Assembly: GCA_036785375.1 (NCBI GenBank)
Contig: JAWMAR010000106.1
Location: 1,240,001 to 1,304,000 of the forward strand
Origin: Leucoraja ocellata
Taxonomy: Eukaryota
Reading direction: 5' to 3'
Length of the DNA: 64,000 nucleotides
Shown: positions 10,981 to 23,767 of the stretch, in pieces
Numbering within the stretch: position 1 is the first letter of the stretch
Layout: every line of letters starts with the position of its first letter
Translations under genes and position numbers: made by a program
Notes under the pieces: model-generated
The model's database searches: none
Seen by the model: the letters and a program-made list of their open reading frames with translations, nothing else
What the model was told of the DNA's origin: nothing

Positions 10981-12873
10981 CATTTTTTATCAATCTTTTT
11001 TGCAACTGTCTTCCACTGATGTGTAAGTCAAATTTTAAATATATACAGACATGTCTTATAGACCTCCAGAATGTAATTAAAGAGTTATTTGTTTGATCAA
11101 TTCAGTATTTTATGTTTGTTCTTGAATATTCTTGCAAAAATCTTACACTGAGTATTTCATGGGGTACAGAAAGCTGTTTGTAATAATGCTGTTCTACATG
11201 TTTTAATGTTTCTATCTTTCGCTTTCCTCCTTGCACTGACATCTGAGATGAATGTTTCAGTAACATTCAATAGGGAGAAAAGAGGTTAAACACATCTATC
11301 GCTTTCTCCAATGAAAATGTATGCGCTTATAGTGGGGGACGGTGGAGGAAATTAAGATAAACACTTTAATTTCTCTGATTAAATGTTCGATTTATATTAT
11401 GCTCTTAGTTTAATGGTGGAATTTAATGTTTGTTTAAATTATATTCTTTGAAGTCACCTTAAAAAAAACCTTCAGCTAATGGAAGTGATCTCAATATTTT
11501 GGTTGAATTCAAACAGGGTAATAGCATATGCCATTTTGGCAACACAATATATATCTTTATTTAAAGTGACATAAAGCAGCAAAAGACACATTTTCCTCCT
11601 TTTGTATTTGAATTAAAAAATTACTGTCACTGCTAATGGTAAATCAAGACTCGTTTTTGACCTGACCATAAGTATAAAATATAATTTACACTTGTGTTCA
11701 TAATCAAAACCTGAGTGGCTACAAAACTTTTCTAACCATGTGAAGAAACCTCTAGGTTAAGACAACGTTTTGGCATGTTCAGATAAAGCAACAGTTAAAA
11801 CTACATAGACCTGATACAGCTTTGAGGATTTAACCACCAGCTGCTTTCCAAGTATTATGAACGAAACAAATCAATTCAAATTACCCTGGGTTAAAGAATG
11901 ACATTTTGTTAAATACTGTATGTTAATGTATGGTAGTCTACCAATAGGATGTACTGAGCATATAGATGTGTTGGAAATTCTTGGGAATGGATGTTAAAAA
12001 TCCGAGCAAATTGCTGCATTTTGAGGCAGTAGTTACTTCAAAGAATACTGAACATTTCCGGTGTGTAACAATATAGCAGCAGCTGTGGAGAGTTAATTCT
12101 GAAGAAGGGTCCCGACGTCAAACATTGTCCCTTTCCCTCCACAGATGATCCTATTATGACAGTTTCTAAGAACGCTGAGAGAAACTTAGCATAATGTATA
12201 TTTTGTATAGAAGGTAGACACAAAATGCTGGAGCAACTCAGCGGGTCAGGTAATGTCCCTTGAGAAAAGGAATAGGAGATCCTTCATAAGACTTCTGGGT
12301 GAGTGATGCCCGGAGCTGCAGGAGAGTCAGAGCGTGGGCCTGCTGGTGCCAGTGCATGGTGCCCAGTGGAACGCAGGGTGCGGAAGGAGAACTGTTGCGA
12401 AAAGCGGTGGATTAACTGTCAGTACCTGTGATCCGGGTTGGGTCTGCACTGGGAGGTCTGGAACAGGAGTTGGAATCCCCGAGACACAAGAGGGAGGCGC
12501 AGGCCCCATTACTGAATGAAATGATCAGTGCTGAAGGACATGACCTACATGTTTATCCTTTTTAAAGATGTTGCCTTACTGATAGTTGATAGCAATAATA
12601 ATCCTTTATGCCATTCTTTCATACTGAGAACATTATTACTACTTAGTAGTTTGCTAGAGGTTTGGAGAATGGCCAATATATTATTAATTCTTTTAAAATA
12701 GGGAGACTGAGTTATTTGGATAATTATAGTCTTGCTACTTTATTACATTTTGGGAAAACTAATATTTTAATAAAGGAAATAATTATCAGGTATCAAAAAG
12801 AGAGAATAGAAGGTTGTATCAATTTCAGTGAAGGCCAGTTTTGTTGAGCTAATTTCAAATCACTATACAGACC

Positions 12874-13010
12874 GGGGTGGGAGTTTGCAACCTTCACGTG
12901 GTCCACCCTGTTTTGACTAATGCAATCAACCTGACGTGCACAAACAAATAGATCAAATAGAACACGTTGACCTACAATTTTAGGCTGTGCACGCCATACT
13001 CAAGAAGATA
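12874..13010 (+). mobile_element. Short 3' end of an RTE-type LINE with TSD
   Basis: Ends GCTGTGCACGCCATACTCAAGAAGA. ATACAGACC is duplicated at 12865-12873 and 13011-13019. Confidence 0.5.
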
Positions 13011-14199
13011 ATACAGACCTTGGAAGGATTGTTGTTGATATGAGATAGGAGGCGGGAGGATTTGCTTTTAGGGTTACTGTTGAAACCGATAATACATCAA
13101 CAATCAAAAAAATAGATACTGTAGTGGACAACAGAAACAAAGAACAGAAAGAAGCAAGTAAGAATTTCATTGTTCTATCTGGGACATGACAATAAAACAC
13201 TTGACTCATGAATTGGGAATGTGGCAGGGAGGTGCGATTAGGTTTGTTCAGTTTAGTGTCACAGGTACTGAGGTAGTGAAAAGCTTTTTGCTCTCAGCTA
13301 GCAAACATGGTTTAGGGTAACTTATTTCCAAATTGAAATCCAATATCTAAGTTATATGCAGCAAGTGGCAGATTATTTAAGCTGCTACACATGACATAAC
13401 TTCCAGATTTAAGGCAATGAACGTGATCCTGAAGAAATGCACATAAGCTGGAGAGAATCATCATCATCAGCGTTGAAAACATCAACGGGCACGGTGCCTT
13501 TACGATGCTATGTACGACAATGATCGCAAGTTCTACTGAGGAGAAAAAAAACATTAAAACTGAGCTCTGATTTAAATTATCCTAATGATTTTTGTTGAGT
13601 TTCATTTAAAATGAATGACAAGATCTGGGATAGAGCATTAGTAATTAATTTATATTTTAATGCCTGGATTTGAATATGGAACCAGAAGACATAGAACATA
13701 GTCATCGGTCCAACTAACAAGCACCATATTTAAACCTGTCTCTCAGGCCAATGCGATGTCTCTGGACCCAAGAGTCATACAGCATGGAAACAGGCCTTTC
13801 GGTGTGTCAGGCAGCATGTCAGCAGGACATGGGTGGGTAATGTTTCAGGTCAGGACCCTTCTTCAGATTCAGTATAAATTTGTTTGCAAAATAATGAATT
13901 AACCATTTTTTAATAATATGCAAGACATTTTGTTCAACAAATTTAGTTTATCAATTGCTCCAAATATCCTTATGCCACAAAACAAGCTTGTAAGAATAAA
14001 ATGTGGCTGTTCTTCTACAGTTTAGGTAAATGATGGGTTTTACGTTTTATGTCCTGAAATATTAATAATAAGCACAAGAGATAAAAAGATATGGTTTAAC
14101 ATGGTTTAATTCTCAGGGTTAATAAAACCCATACATAAATGTATTGGTATGATTGAGTGCCGGACATTTGTTCAGACATTTTAGCACAACAAAACTATG

Positions 14200-14205
14200 T
14201 TTATT
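14200..14205 (-). terminator. MRPL41 polyadenylation signal AATAAA
   Basis: TTTATT on the + strand, about 110 nt downstream of the MRPL41 stop. Confidence 0.55.
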
Positions 14206-14316
14206 CCTCATCCCGTGGCACGTACAAAACTACAGATTATACCCATGATAGCAGCAGCGTCTCATTTCTCAAGCCAGTCAGGGAAAAAGGGCTAATCTGA
14301 GATAATACAGTTCCTA

Positions 14317-14724
14317 TTACCGCACATAATTTTTTGGAAACAGCCGGAAGACCTTGTCCTCTTGTGATGGTTCAAAGCCATATTTTTCCAGGCGATTTGA
14401 GTCAAAGATACCTTCCCGAAAATCTTTCTCGATTTGCACAGCAGCAGTTTCCATGAAGAGCTTCTTGGCCGTTAGCGGCTGCTCTGTTCCACTCGGTGCT
14501 TTGTACGACACGTACGCTTTCAGGGGGAAACCTTTTAAATTAGGAACCACCAGCTCAGGCACCATTTTTTTAATCTTTACAAACTTGCCACTGGAAGTTA
14601 TATATCCTGTTGGCTTGGCTCCCCTGGATCGGTAGAAACTCTTTGGACCACGTTTACTTGTGATTTCTGCGGTTCGATCAGCTCCTCGCACCAAACCTCG
14701 GGCCAGATTCGATAGTAATCCCAT
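14317..14724 (-). CDS. MRPL41: Mitochondrial ribosomal protein mL41
   Basis: 135 aa [17 protein letters not shown]...TSKRGP...[10 protein letters not shown]...[10 protein letters not shown]...LKAYVSY...RLFPKNYVR. Single coding exon with Kozak gccATGG. Acceptor ctctgttag| with exon starting at 14736. Confidence 0.98.
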   Translation of the reverse strand: MGLLSNLARGLVRGADRTAEITSKRGPKSFYRSRGAKPTGYITSSGKFVKIKKMVPELVVPNLKGFPLKAYVSYKAPSGTEQPLTAKKLFMETAAVQIEKDFREGIFDSNRLEKYGFEPSQEDKVFRLFPKNYVR

Positions 14725-14909
14725 GGCTAATTACACCTAACAGAGATGGATAATTTTGTTAAGGATGCTCAACAGTCAAAGGTATAATTCTTCACTAACT
14801 TTCCAGTAGTTTGTTTAATTGCCAGTTTAGCCAGAGAAAAGCTTGTAATATTCCAAAAGAATTGTGCATGTTATAGTTGCAAGATCACTTAGAGGAAATG
14901 ATGATAGTT

Positions 14910-15330
14910 AGAACTGTACAGGAACAGGCCTTTCAGCCCACAATGTCCATGCCAAACATTATGCCGTTAAACTAATCTCTGCCTGCCAACCCTTTCTATG
15001 CCTCTCATGATTTTATATCAGGTCTCTCCTCAACCTCTGACGTTCTGGAGAAAACAATCGAAGTTTGGCCAACCTCTCCAACCTAATCCAGACAGCATTC
15101 TGGTCATCGTCTTCCGTCCCTCTCAAAAGCCTCCACAAACTCCGGTAACAGGGCAACCAGAACTGTACGTAATACTCCAAATGTGGCCTAACCAAAGTCC
15201 TTTAAAGCTGCAACATAACTGGCTGACTCTCATGCTGAATACCCGACCGAAGATGACAAACATACCATACACCTTTATCTATGTGTGATGTGGATTTGGA
15301 CCCCAAGATACCACTGAACATCAATGCTTG
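14910..15330 (-). mobile_element. CR1 3' fragment
   Basis: [13 protein letters not shown] motif plus a CR1-type 3' tail. Confidence 0.8.
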
Positions 15331-15624
15331 GTCTTGCCATGAACTATACACATTTTTGTTACAGATAACCTCCCAAAGTGCAACATGTCAGGATTAAAGA
15401 TCTCAACAATTTGCTTGGATTAAACAACCCATTCCTGTAGCTGATCTGTACTCCATGGTATACATTGACAACAACAGAGGTCCCAGCACTTCACACAGCC
15501 ACTAACATCTTTTTCTGCTTACCATATACTTTTGTATTGCAGGCAAGGAGACCAATCACCTTTCTTAAGATTTGTAATCAATCCACTGAAAAATATAGAA
15601 TATCTGCTCGATCTATAGTACTAG

Positions 15625-15960
15625 ATCTTAAGATAGACACAAAGTCCAAGTGTAACTGTCTGGAGAAAAAGGATGGATGATGTTTCAGGTCCCGACTCGA
15701 AATGTCACCTATCCTTTTTTTTTCCCAGCGATGCTGCCTGGTCCATTGAGTTACTCCAGCATTTTGTGTAAGAAAGAACTGCAGATGCTGCAAAAATCGA
15801 CGGTAGACAAAAATGCTGGAGAAACTCAGCGGGTGAGGCAGCATCTATGGAGCGAAGGAATAGGTGACGTTTTGGGTCGAGACCCAAAGGGTTTTTGACC
15901 AGCATTTTGTGTCTATCTTTGGTATAAACCAGCATCTGCAGTTCTTTGTCTCTACAGTTT
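15625..15960. mobile_element. Cluster of Penelope-derived terminal-repeat (pLTR-like) pieces in both orientations
   Basis: Repeated GATGCTGCC...GAGTTACTCCAGCA...CAGCATCTGCAGTTC motif and its reverse complement. Confidence 0.7.
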
Positions 15961-17355
15961 AGCACAGCTTCTTACTGACTTGGCAGAGCAACATCGCCAC
16001 CTGCAGTTCTCATTGAGATTTTACCACAGTTTCTAACAGTCAACGTTGTATGCAACATCCAAAATACTTTAGTGGGACGGGAGCGGGTTAAGAATGTGAA
16101 TTGAGCAATTAGTGACAGTCACCACATTATGCAAACGGTGTGATTATATTGGAGAGGATAGGGGGAAGATTTACAGTTGTTGCCAGAAATGGAAAATTTA
16201 AGATAGAGGAAAGAATGGATAGACTCGGGTTACTTTCATTGGTTCAGCGGTACCCGAGCTGAGATTTCACTGAACTATAGAAAAAGTAAATAGGAAAGAC
16301 TCATGAGCACTCGATGAGAGTTTCAAAGATTAAAAGCAATTGCTTGAACATGAAGAGACACAAAATGGTGGAGTAACTTAGGTCAGGTAGTATCTCAGCG
16401 GGTCAGGCAGTATCAAAGGAATAGGTGTTGGGTCAAGACCCTTCTTCAACTGAGCTGAACGTTTTCCATGCTATTTGTGAAAGGAAGGAAAGAGCAAGAA
16501 AACAACAAACAGTCAGACTGTCAATCTGACAACAGATGAAGGGAAATGAGAGTGAAAGAATAGAATGAGGAAATGGGTGGAGTCATAGAGTGATACAGTG
16601 TGGAAACTTTCAGCCCAACTTGCCCACACCAGCCAACATGTCCCAGCTACACTAGTCCCACCTGCCTACATTTGCCGCATATCCCTCCAAACCTGTCTGA
16701 TCCATGTACCTGTCTAACTGTTTCTTAAATGTTGGGATCGTCCCTGCCTCAACTACCTCCTCTGGTAGCTTGTACCATAAAACTACCAACTTTGTGCGAA
16801 AACTTTACCCCTCAGATTCCGATGAAATCTTTTCCCCCTTCACCTTCAACCTATTTCTTCTGGTTCTCGATAGTCTTCAGAGATTTATGAAAGCATGTTG
16901 ACGAATGTCACTGTGATGATGAGACTAGAAAAATAGATAAGGTGGAAACCCAGTGAACGCAGTATATTTAAATTTACAAAAGGCTTTTGATCAGATCCCA
17001 CACGTTGAACAAGACTAAAGGACATGCAATTGGGAATAATATGCATTGAGAATTGGTTAACAAACAGAAAGCTTTTGGGTCTCCTTAATTAAACAGAAAA
17101 GGGATTGCTTGCCATGGAAAGATTCAACAGACTGGATGGTGGGTTTGCCTTGTCAGGAAAGATTAAATAAACCACGTTTGCATCCTTGTTAGACAATAGG
17201 TGCTGGAGTAGGCCATTCGGCCAGCACTGCCATTCAATGTGATCATAGCTTGATACTGCAGAGGTTCAGTCATTGGGTTAATTAAAACTGAGGCCAAAAG
17301 ATTTCTGTATGATAAAGAAATCAAGCGATAGAATAGTTCAAGAAAAGATACAGAT

Positions 17356-17650
17356 TTTTAGTTTAGTTTAGAGATACAGCGTGGAAACAGGCTCTTCGGC
17401 CCACCGTGTCCACGTTGACCAGCAATCCCGCACACTGCAATATCCTACACTAGGGCCAATTTACAATTTTTACCAATCCAATTAACCTACAAACCCTGTA
17501 TGTTTTTGGAATATTGGACGTAACCGGAGCACCCGGGGAAACCCCATGCAGTCGCAGTACAAACTCCGTACTGATAGCACCCGTGGTCAGGATCGAACCC
17601 AGATATCTGGCGCCGCAAGGCAGCAACACTACCACTGCACCACAATGCCG
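17356..17650 (-). mobile_element. HE1/V-SINE-type tRNA-derived SINE
   Basis: Reverse complement shows a tRNA-like head (GGGTTCGATCC box B), the V-domain GCTCCGGTT and a CR1-derived tail ending (CTAAA)n. Confidence 0.85.
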
Positions 17651-18889
17651 ACCTTTTTTTTACCGACGCGGAAGATCAACATGATTTTAATGAATGGCAG
17701 AAAAAGCTTGAAGGGACAGATGGTCTACTCTTACTCTAATCATAATTGAGAGAATTAAGGAAAACTGTTTTCTCCAATAGGTGATAGGAGCCTGGACTCA
17801 CTGCCTTTGGGGTACAAATACAAATCACATTTAAAGTGTATTCAGATGCACACTTCAAGAGCAATGGCTACAAATTATGTGTGGAATATGGATTAGGCTG
17901 GGAAGCTGTCTATGACAGTGGCAGTGAACTAGCCTTGCCCATTGCCTTAATTATTTTGTGATTCCATCAGATGGATGATAAACTCACACTGCTGTCCAGG
18001 TTCGACGTTCACCCAGTGGTCATCTTCCACAGACATCACTTCCCTCCCCTGTTCTTTGGCCCATCTACACAGGGCAACCCTAGCTCTTTGCCCGTCTTGT
18101 TTCAGCCCCTCACCCAGCGACTGTAGCGCGCCGACCCTTTGCCCCCTCACCCAGTGGCCCTTCAGGCCCTCACCCTGCGGTTCTTCAGTCCCTCACCCTC
18201 CCACCCTAGTCCCGGCCCTCACGATCAGACATCAGCCCAGAACGTATCCTGAATGCATTCACCCTCCTATCGCTGCCCCAGTCCTCTGCCCCTCACGCAG
18301 CGACCCTTCTGCCCCCTCACCTCTGTCCAGCCCCGGCCGTTTGGCTCCTCACCCTGCTGCCCCTCACGTAGCGACCTTCAGCCGGCGACCCTTCGGCCCC
18401 TCACCCAGCGACCCTCCCTCCCCCTGTACCCCTGGCCGGGGTACTACACCCTACCCCTCTCAACCCCTCACCCAGCAACCGTAACATAACACCAGGCCCT
18501 CACCCTGCGGCCCCTCACACAGCCACCCTCACCCAGCGACCGTTCAGCCCCTCACCCAGCGACCCGAGTCCTTGGACCGTTCGGCCCTTCTCCCAGTGAC
18601 CTTCGCCCCCCCCCCCCCCCCCCCCCCCGTTCCTCACCGCCCCACCATAGCCCCGGTCCTTTGGCCCCTCACCCTCCCACCCCAACCTCCTGCGACCCTT
18701 CGGCCCCTCATCCTGTCACACCAGTCCCAGCCCTTCATCGCCTTATCTGTCCCCAGGGCCGCTCGGCCCCTCACCCTGCGATCCTTCAGTCCCGACTGCA
18801 CCCCCCCTCACCGCACCTCCGGCCGCTCGGCCCCTCACTCATCCACTCACCGGCGGTGCGGCCGCTCGGCCCCTCACTCACACACTCAC

Positions 18890-18940
18890 CCGCCCGCCGT
18901 CCCGAACGCGGCGCCGCCACCGAACAAAGCGCGCGCACAT
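18890..18940 (-). other. MRPL41: Probable non-coding exon 1 of MRPL41 (5' limit approximate)
   Basis: Strong donor CGG|GTGAGT at 18889 on the minus strand inside the CpG island, pairing with the acceptor at 14737. Confidence 0.55.
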
Positions 18941-18980
18941 TGGTTGTCCCGCGGGCGGCCAATGGGGGCGGCGGTTGGTG

Positions 18981-19140
18981 GCGCGGGGGCGGGGCTGGAG
19001 CGGGAGCGGGAGCGGGAGCGCGCGGCGCGGGGGCGGGGCTGGAGCGGGAGCGGGAGCGCGCGGCGCGGGGGCGGGGCTGGAGCGGGAGCGGGAGCGCGCG
19101 GCGCGGGGGCGGGGCGGGAGCGCGCGGCGCGGGGGCGCGC
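18981..19140. repeat. GC-box tandem repeat, about 38-bp unit, 4-5 copies
   Basis: GCGCGGGGGCGGGGC starts at 18981, 19025, 19063 and 19101, with a partial copy at 19127. Confidence 0.9.
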
Positions 19141-19361
19141 GGGCCTATCAGGGCGCGGCGGGGACGCGCGGCACAAGCCGCCCAGTGTTGGGTCAGCGGC
19201 GGCGGGCGGGAGGGAGGGACAGGCCGAGGCCCAGGCCTTGCGACCACCGCAGGAGGGCAGGCAGACAGGCAGGAGGGCAGGCAGGCCCAGGGGACCGGGG
19301 GCAAGGGGCGAGCCGAGCCGAGCCGAGCCAGGGACCGACCGACACCCGGCCAGCAGCGGCC

Positions 19362-19404
19362 ATGGACACCGTGCCGCCCGACCCCGACATGATGCTCGAC
19401 CCCG
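19362..19404 (+). CDS. PNPLA7: PNPLA7 first coding exon (predicted)
   Basis: Kozak gcggccATGG, MDTVPPDPDMMLDP, donor CCG|gtgaga in phase 1. Joins the downstream frame through the 38-nt exon at 29355. Confidence 0.65.
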
Positions 19405-19504
19405 GTGAGACTGGCGAGGATGTGGCCACGACTAGAGGGTGACTGTGAGCAACAGGGAGAGGTTGAGTGGGGCTGGGACTCTACTCCATGGAGGCAGGAG
19501 GGTG

Positions 19505-19885
19505 AGGGGGGGGATCTTATAGAGGTGTATAAAATCATCAGAGGAATAGACCAGGTAGACGCACAGAGTCTCTTGCCCAGAGTAAGGGAATCGAGGATCA
19601 GAGGACATGGGTTTAAGGTGAAGGGGGAACGATTTAAAAGGAATCTGAGGGGTAACATTTTCACACAGAGGGTGGTGGGTGTATGGAACGAGCTGCCAGA
19701 GGAGGTAGTTGAGGCTGGGACTATCACAACATTTAAGAAACAGATAGGTGCATGGACAGGACAGGTTTGGAAGGATATGGACCAAATGCAGGCAGGTGGA
19801 ACTAGTGTAGATGGGACATGTTGGCCGGTGTGGGCATGTTGGGCCGAAGGGCCTGTTTCCATGTTGTATCACTCTATGACTCTAA
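19505..19885 (+). mobile_element. CR1 3' end
   Basis: GDLIEVYKIIRG...RGHGFKV...FTQRVVGVWNELPEEVV plus tail CTCTATGACTCTA. Confidence 0.9.
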
Positions 19886-21246
19886 ACTCTGGGTGAAGGT
19901 CCTGTGTTCGGACCCACGTCCTACCCAGGCTCCGGCTAAACTTTAACTGTGCCCTCCTGGGCACCTGAAGATGGGTCTCGACCCGAAACATCACCTCTCT
20001 CCAGAGATTCTGTGTGTGTCCCGCTGAGTTACTCCAGCATTTTGTGTCTAGCTCCAGCTCTCTGCTTGGCTCCAGCCTGAGAATTAAAGGATGTTCTTTC
20101 AGGAAGGAGATGAGGAGAAATGTCTTTAGCCAGAGGGTGATGAACCTGTTGAATTCATTGCCACAGGCAGCTGTGAAGTCAATAGATATTGTTAAGGCAC
20201 AGATAGATTCTTGATCAGTAAGGGTTAAGACAGGAGAAAGGGGTTGAAAGGGAAGGTAGATCAGTAATAATTTAATGGTGGAGTAGACTTGATGGGCCGA
20301 ATGGCCTAATTCTGCTCCTTGTACTTCAAGGTTCCAGCCCTGCATACCGTCTCTCTCTCTGATAACTCTGGCAGGAAAGGACACAAAGTGCTGGCGTAAC
20401 TCAGCGGATCAGGATGCGTTTCTGGAGAATATGGATAGGTGACATTTTGGTTTGGGATCCTACTTCAGACTCCTATGCATGTTGATCAGCCATAAGATGG
20501 CCCAAAAAGTCAACTATCCATGTTCTCCAGAGAAGCTGCCAGAGTTACTGTGCCTTCTTGTGTATTAACCAGCATCTGCAGTTCTTTGTTTCCAAGAGTG
20601 GCAGGAAAACTGATCTTTAAAAAATAAACACATTCTCTAACTCGTGACAGTTTGCAGAACTCTGAAATATAAATGGATGTTGGTTTCCAAGTTTGAAAAA
20701 TCAGAACGTAGCTACAGACCACATATGTAGGAAGGAACTGCAGATGCTGGTTTATACGAAGATAGACCATACGAAGAAAAGTGCTGGAGTACTCAGTGGG
20801 TCAGACAGCATCTCTGGAGAAAAAGGGTGGGTGATGTTTTGACTCGGTATTCTTCTTCAGACTGAATGTAGAGGTGCTCTAGAAAGTAGAGTACCTCAGT
20901 AGGTCAGGCAGCATCTCTGGAGAGCATGGATGGGGCCAGTATCTCTGGACATCCATGTTCTCCAGGGATGCCACCTGATCTGCTGAGTTAATCCAGGCAC
21001 CTTGTGTCCAAAGTCTTTGAATAATTGATTCCCTTCTTGATAAGCAAGGGAATAAAAGGTTATTGTGGGTAACTGGGAATGTGGAGCTTCAGGTACATTG
21101 TAATGTTTTGTGAGGTTATCAAAATGGAGAATAGGCTTGAGGGACAAAGTCACCCACTGCTGCTCATGTTTAACTCATTGGTATTTACATGTAGTGCATC
21201 CATCCGCAAGGGTGCATTCGGGTATAAGAGGATGTGCTTGGTTATA

Positions 21247-22223
21247 GAGTAAACCCTCGTCATTACGGACCTCTTTGTAATGGATTTCGGTTATAGTGGA
21301 CTGTGGAAAGCACAGAACACGTGGGAATGTTTGATAAACTGCACCAAACTTCGCTTGGGTAGTTTACACCCCAGCGGTATGAACATTGACTTCTTCAATT
21401 TCAGGTTGTCCTTGCTTTCTCCCTCTTTCCCCTCCCCTTCCCAGCTCTCCCACAGCCCACTGTCTCCACCTCTTCCTTTCTCCTTCACCCCCCCCCCCCC
21501 ATCAGTCTGAGGAAGTGTCTCGACTCGAAACGTCATCTATTCCTTTGCTGCAGAGATGCTGCCTCACCTGCTGAGTTTCTCCAGCATTTTTGTCTACCTT
21601 ACGCCAAACTAAAGTTACCCTGGGAAGGCCGTTGGACTGACAAGCCGTTGAGATTGACAAATAATTGAGACTGACAAGCCTTTTGATTAGATCGACACTT
21701 ATCTCTATTAAACAATGTAACAAACGGTCTTTAGTATTTTTAGCCTGCAGTGAGAAAAATACATTTTGTACGCTCAGCAGATTAGGCAGCGTCTATGGAA
21801 GGAGGAATGGAGAATGGAGTTAACGTTTAAAGTCAGTGTCCCTTAACCCTGAACTCTGGGCTGGCCGCTGGTCGTGGGAATCTGACAGAGCGAGACAAGG
21901 TTTCCTCACCATGCCACACAGCCACGCCAACGTCAAAGATCTCCCATTTTGCTCTCATTCATTGGCTGCAGGAATCAGGAGCAGTGGTTATTGTTGTTTC
22001 CTAGCTGCACTGGACAAGGTGGTGCCAGGCGGGTTTCTAGTGCCACTGCGCACCGTGTGGTGAGGCAGGTCCCACTGGGTTCTCAGTGACTGGACTCCGG
22101 GATCCTGACCGGGCCGTGGTATCAAACCATTACTCGGTTATAGTGGAAATCAGCAATAATGGGCACCATTCTCTCCCCCCACCCCCCCCCCCCCATATGG
22201 TCTGTTATAACGAGGGTTTACTG
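21247..22223. mobile_element. pogo/Tigger-like non-autonomous DNA transposon interrupted by a Penelope-derived insert
   Basis: TA|(G)AGTAAACCCTCGTCATTACGGACC ... GGTCTGTTATAACGAGGGTTTACTG|TA inverted termini. Related internal sequence occurs at about 26950-27100 and 48403-48570. Confidence 0.7.
21345..21600 (+). mobile_element. Penelope-like element 3' end: GIY-YIG C-terminus plus pLTR with hammerhead motif
   Basis: RLGSLHPSGMNIDF (typical Penelope endonuclease end), a pyrimidine tract, then CTGAGGAAGTGTCTCGACTCGAAACGTC. The same layout occurs at about 32815-33200 and 44890-45155. Confidence 0.8.
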
Positions 22224-22419
22224 TATGTATTTTTGTTCATAAGTGAAATTGCCCCGAGGCAAATAAGAATTGGATGTAAACTGGGTGCTGCAAATGGGAA
22301 TGGGTGCACAGGTGCTAAAACTCAAATTGCCATCTAAACACGCAGCTGCTTTTGAGTCGTGTATGTTTTTGACTCTCGAGTTGACAGTCTGATTAGCAGC
22401 ATACAACTAATGAATAAGC

Positions 22420-22850
22420 GTAGAATTAGGCCATTTAGCCCGTCAACTCTCCTCTGCCATTCAATCATGGCTGATCTATCTCTCCTCCCTAACCCCATTC
22501 TCCTGCCTTCTCCCCATAACCTCTGACACCCGTACTAATCAAGAATCTATCTCTTCCTTAAAAATATTCTCTGAGGGCCTCTGCAGCCTTCTGTGGCAAA
22601 GAATTCCACAGATTCACCACCCTCTGACTAAAGACATTTCTCCTCATTTCCTTCCTAAAAGAACATCCTTTAACTCTGAGGTTATGACCTCTGGTCTTGG
22701 ACTCTCCCACTAGTGGAAACATCCTCTCCACATCCACTCTATCCAAGCCTTTCACTATTCTGTATGTTTCAACGAGGTCGCCCCTCATTCTTCACAACTG
22801 ACAAACGTTCACCTTTGGATAACTTACTCATTCCTGGGATCATTCTTGTA
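22420..22850 (-). mobile_element. CR1 3' end
   Basis: MRGDLVETYRIVKGLDRVD...FSQRVVNLWNSLP. Confidence 0.9.
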
Positions 22851-23549
22851 TAACATTTATGGTGCAGAAATTATGATAGGAGTATTAATGTCATGGCGAA
22901 TTCATCATGCTGAATAACATTGCCACAGGCTGATTGACCTCTGCTACATTTACTCCCATCTCAGTTGGTAGAAGAGTGTTTTATCAAAGTTATGTCTTTG
23001 AACATGTTCGCTGATAAGATAGTGGGAGTGTTCGGATATAAAGTTCAAAGCCAATAAATTCACATCTCGTTTTAGAGATCACATGTTTTTTTTGCTAATT
23101 AAACAAAAACAAGATGTCACATTATAGATATTTTAGGATTAGTTTTGAGTGATATTCATGAAATCAATGGAAGAGTTGACCGGGGTTTTATGTGTTGTTG
23201 CCATGTTTTATAATGCCTGCTGTGTATGCTTGGCTTTGAGGTCGTTTTTCAGCCGACATTTTACTCAGTATGATGAAGGAAGTCTTATAAAAAGTGGGCA
23301 GTTTGTTGAAACCCAGGGCCCCAACCTTAGTAAAGCTTGGATGCTTCAACACACCCAGCACTTCGGAACTGGACTGGCAGATTTTCTGAATAATTGATTA
23401 TAACTCTTACTAATTGAATATTGCTGCTATTAATACACCAACACAATTTAACCTTCGTTTAGATATTAATATAAATTTTCCAATGAATTAAAGGGAGCAA
23501 AATGCAGTGGGTTTAAAAAGAATTCTTAAAAGAGCGAGTTTATAGGGAA

Positions 23550-23767
23550 GGTAGACACAAAATGCTGGAGTAACTAAGCGGATGAGGCAGCATCTCTGGA
23601 GAGAAGGAATGGGTGACGTTTCGGGTTGCGACTTTGTCTGAAGAAGGGTCTTGACCGAAACGTCGCCCATTCCTTCTCTCCAGAGATGCTGCCTCACCCG
23701 CTGAGTTACTCCAGCATTTTGTGTCTACCTTTGATTTAAACCAGCATCTGCAGATCTTTCTTACACA
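23550..23767. mobile_element. Fold-back non-autonomous Penelope-derived element with 14-bp TSD
   Basis: Inverted partial pLTR followed by a direct pLTR. GAGTTTATAGGGAA at 23536-23549 and 23768-23781. Confidence 0.85.

Larger units (their letters stand above)
18780..19430. promoter_or_regulatory. Bidirectional CpG-island promoter of MRPL41 and PNPLA7
   Basis: Very high GC/CpG content, two opposed CCAAT boxes (ATTGG about 18939, CCAAT about 18959) and four GGGGCGGGGC GC boxes, with divergent genes on either side. Confidence 0.85.

Noticed and set aside
17975-19862. Long ORFs (169-358 aa) across the CpG island
   Set aside because: Low-complexity Pro/Arg/Gly/Ala products of stop-poor GC-rich repeats plus antisense CR1. 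Only 19362-19404 is supported as coding.
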